Of a stretch of 64,000 nucleotides of DNA, positions 63,539-64,000 are shown in pieces. This DNA comes from Bacteroidia bacterium (lineage in GTDB: Bacteria; Bacteroidota; Bacteroidia; UKL13-3): contig JALONK010000008.1 of NCBI GenBank assembly GCA_025454975.1, positions 7,569-71,568 of the forward strand. Reading direction: 5' to 3'. Both the position numbers and the translations under genes were made by a program. The notes beneath the pieces were generated by a model. That model did no database searches, was not told the origin of the DNA, and saw only the letters and a program-made list of their open reading frames with translations. How positions within the stretch are numbered: the stretch's first letter is position 1; every line of letters starts with the position of its first letter.

Positions 63539-63910
63539 ATGACAACACAAAGAACAATTACAGTAACCCAATGCGATAATGAATTGGTACTAACAGCTTA
63601 TCAATGGGGTGCAAGTTTTATCATTTGCAGAATTTTAAGTGGCAACACTAACCCGGTTAACATTACCATTAACCTAACCAACGGACAATATCAAGGACCT
63701 TTGGTTCTAGATGGCATTACAACAGAATTAAAAGGTACTTATAATGTTGCATTAGCAGCAGGTACTTATGATGTTGTTGGTGTAGGTATCAACTGGGGTG
63801 GACCAACCGGATTTAAATACAGCATTGGTGATAAAACCATTCAAAGTCCTGCAACAAATGAAATTGGAGGAGTTGTATTTACTGCAGGGCCAACTAATAT
63901 TCAAATTTAA
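63539..63910 (+). CDS. Hypothetical beta-rich protein, no signal peptide
   Basis: 123 aa, Gly/Thr/Asn-rich (…GVGINWGGPTGFKYSIGDK…); preceded by 310 nt of AT-rich non-coding DNA. Confidence 0.35.
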   Translation: MTTQRTITVTQCDNELVLTAYQWGASFIICRILSGNTNPVNITINLTNGQYQGPLVLDGITTELKGTYNVALAAGTYDVVGVGINWGGPTGFKYSIGDKTIQSPATNEIGGVVFTAGPTNIQI

Positions 63911-64000
63911 CATTAGGCATATACCACAATTCTCATTTTAATAAAACCGACTTTTCTAATAGCATTAAAGGTCTGATTTTATGAATGAGGATTGTGTGTT

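Noticed and set aside
1-64000. tRNA, rRNA and CRISPR scan
   Set aside because: No cloverleaf-compatible sequences with GTTCGAATCC-type T-arms, no rRNA-like conserved stretches, and no regularly spaced direct repeats were seen in any intergenic region.

Overview
This 64 kb window looks like chromosomal DNA from a low-GC (about 35-38% by eye) member of the Bacteroidota. The evidence for that placement is TAnnTTTG-type -7 promoter boxes, a T9SS C-terminal sorting domain on a secreted protease, many lipoproteins, and the local gene order. The window is mostly core genome. It starts with an exopolysaccharide/O-antigen block (GT4 glycosyltransferase, Wzx-like flippase, Wzz-like co-polymerase, Wzy/WaaL-like polymerase), followed by alanine dehydrogenase on the minus strand. 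The lipid-synthesis operon yceD-rpmF-plsX-fabH and then accB-accC follow. A decayed alkA-like DNA glycosylase pseudogene and a 708-aa right-handed beta-helix (pectate-lyase-3/tailspike-like) protein come next. An uninterrupted str-S10-spc-alpha ribosomal superoperon (rpsL through rplQ, including fusA, secY, infA, rpmJ, rpoA) spans roughly 13.9-31.0 kb. Downstream are envelope and housekeeping genes: queG, a periplasmic LTXXQ-motif protein, mnmA, a T9SS-sorted S8 protease, a CPBP protease, an H+-pyrophosphatase with an unusual Cys-rich C-terminal tail, an OMP pair, gatC-plsC-pyrE, a NUDIX hydrolase, alaS and an M23 peptidase. The last 10 kb is accessory-looking. It holds a small protein, a 6-TM protein and a HisKA_3/LuxR two-component system in one operon; two tiny TM peptides; a patatin-like phospholipase with an overlapping lipoprotein partner; and a cluster of Cys/His-rich envelope proteins that includes a c-type cytochrome. 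I found no rRNA, tRNA, CRISPR array, transposase or integrase.
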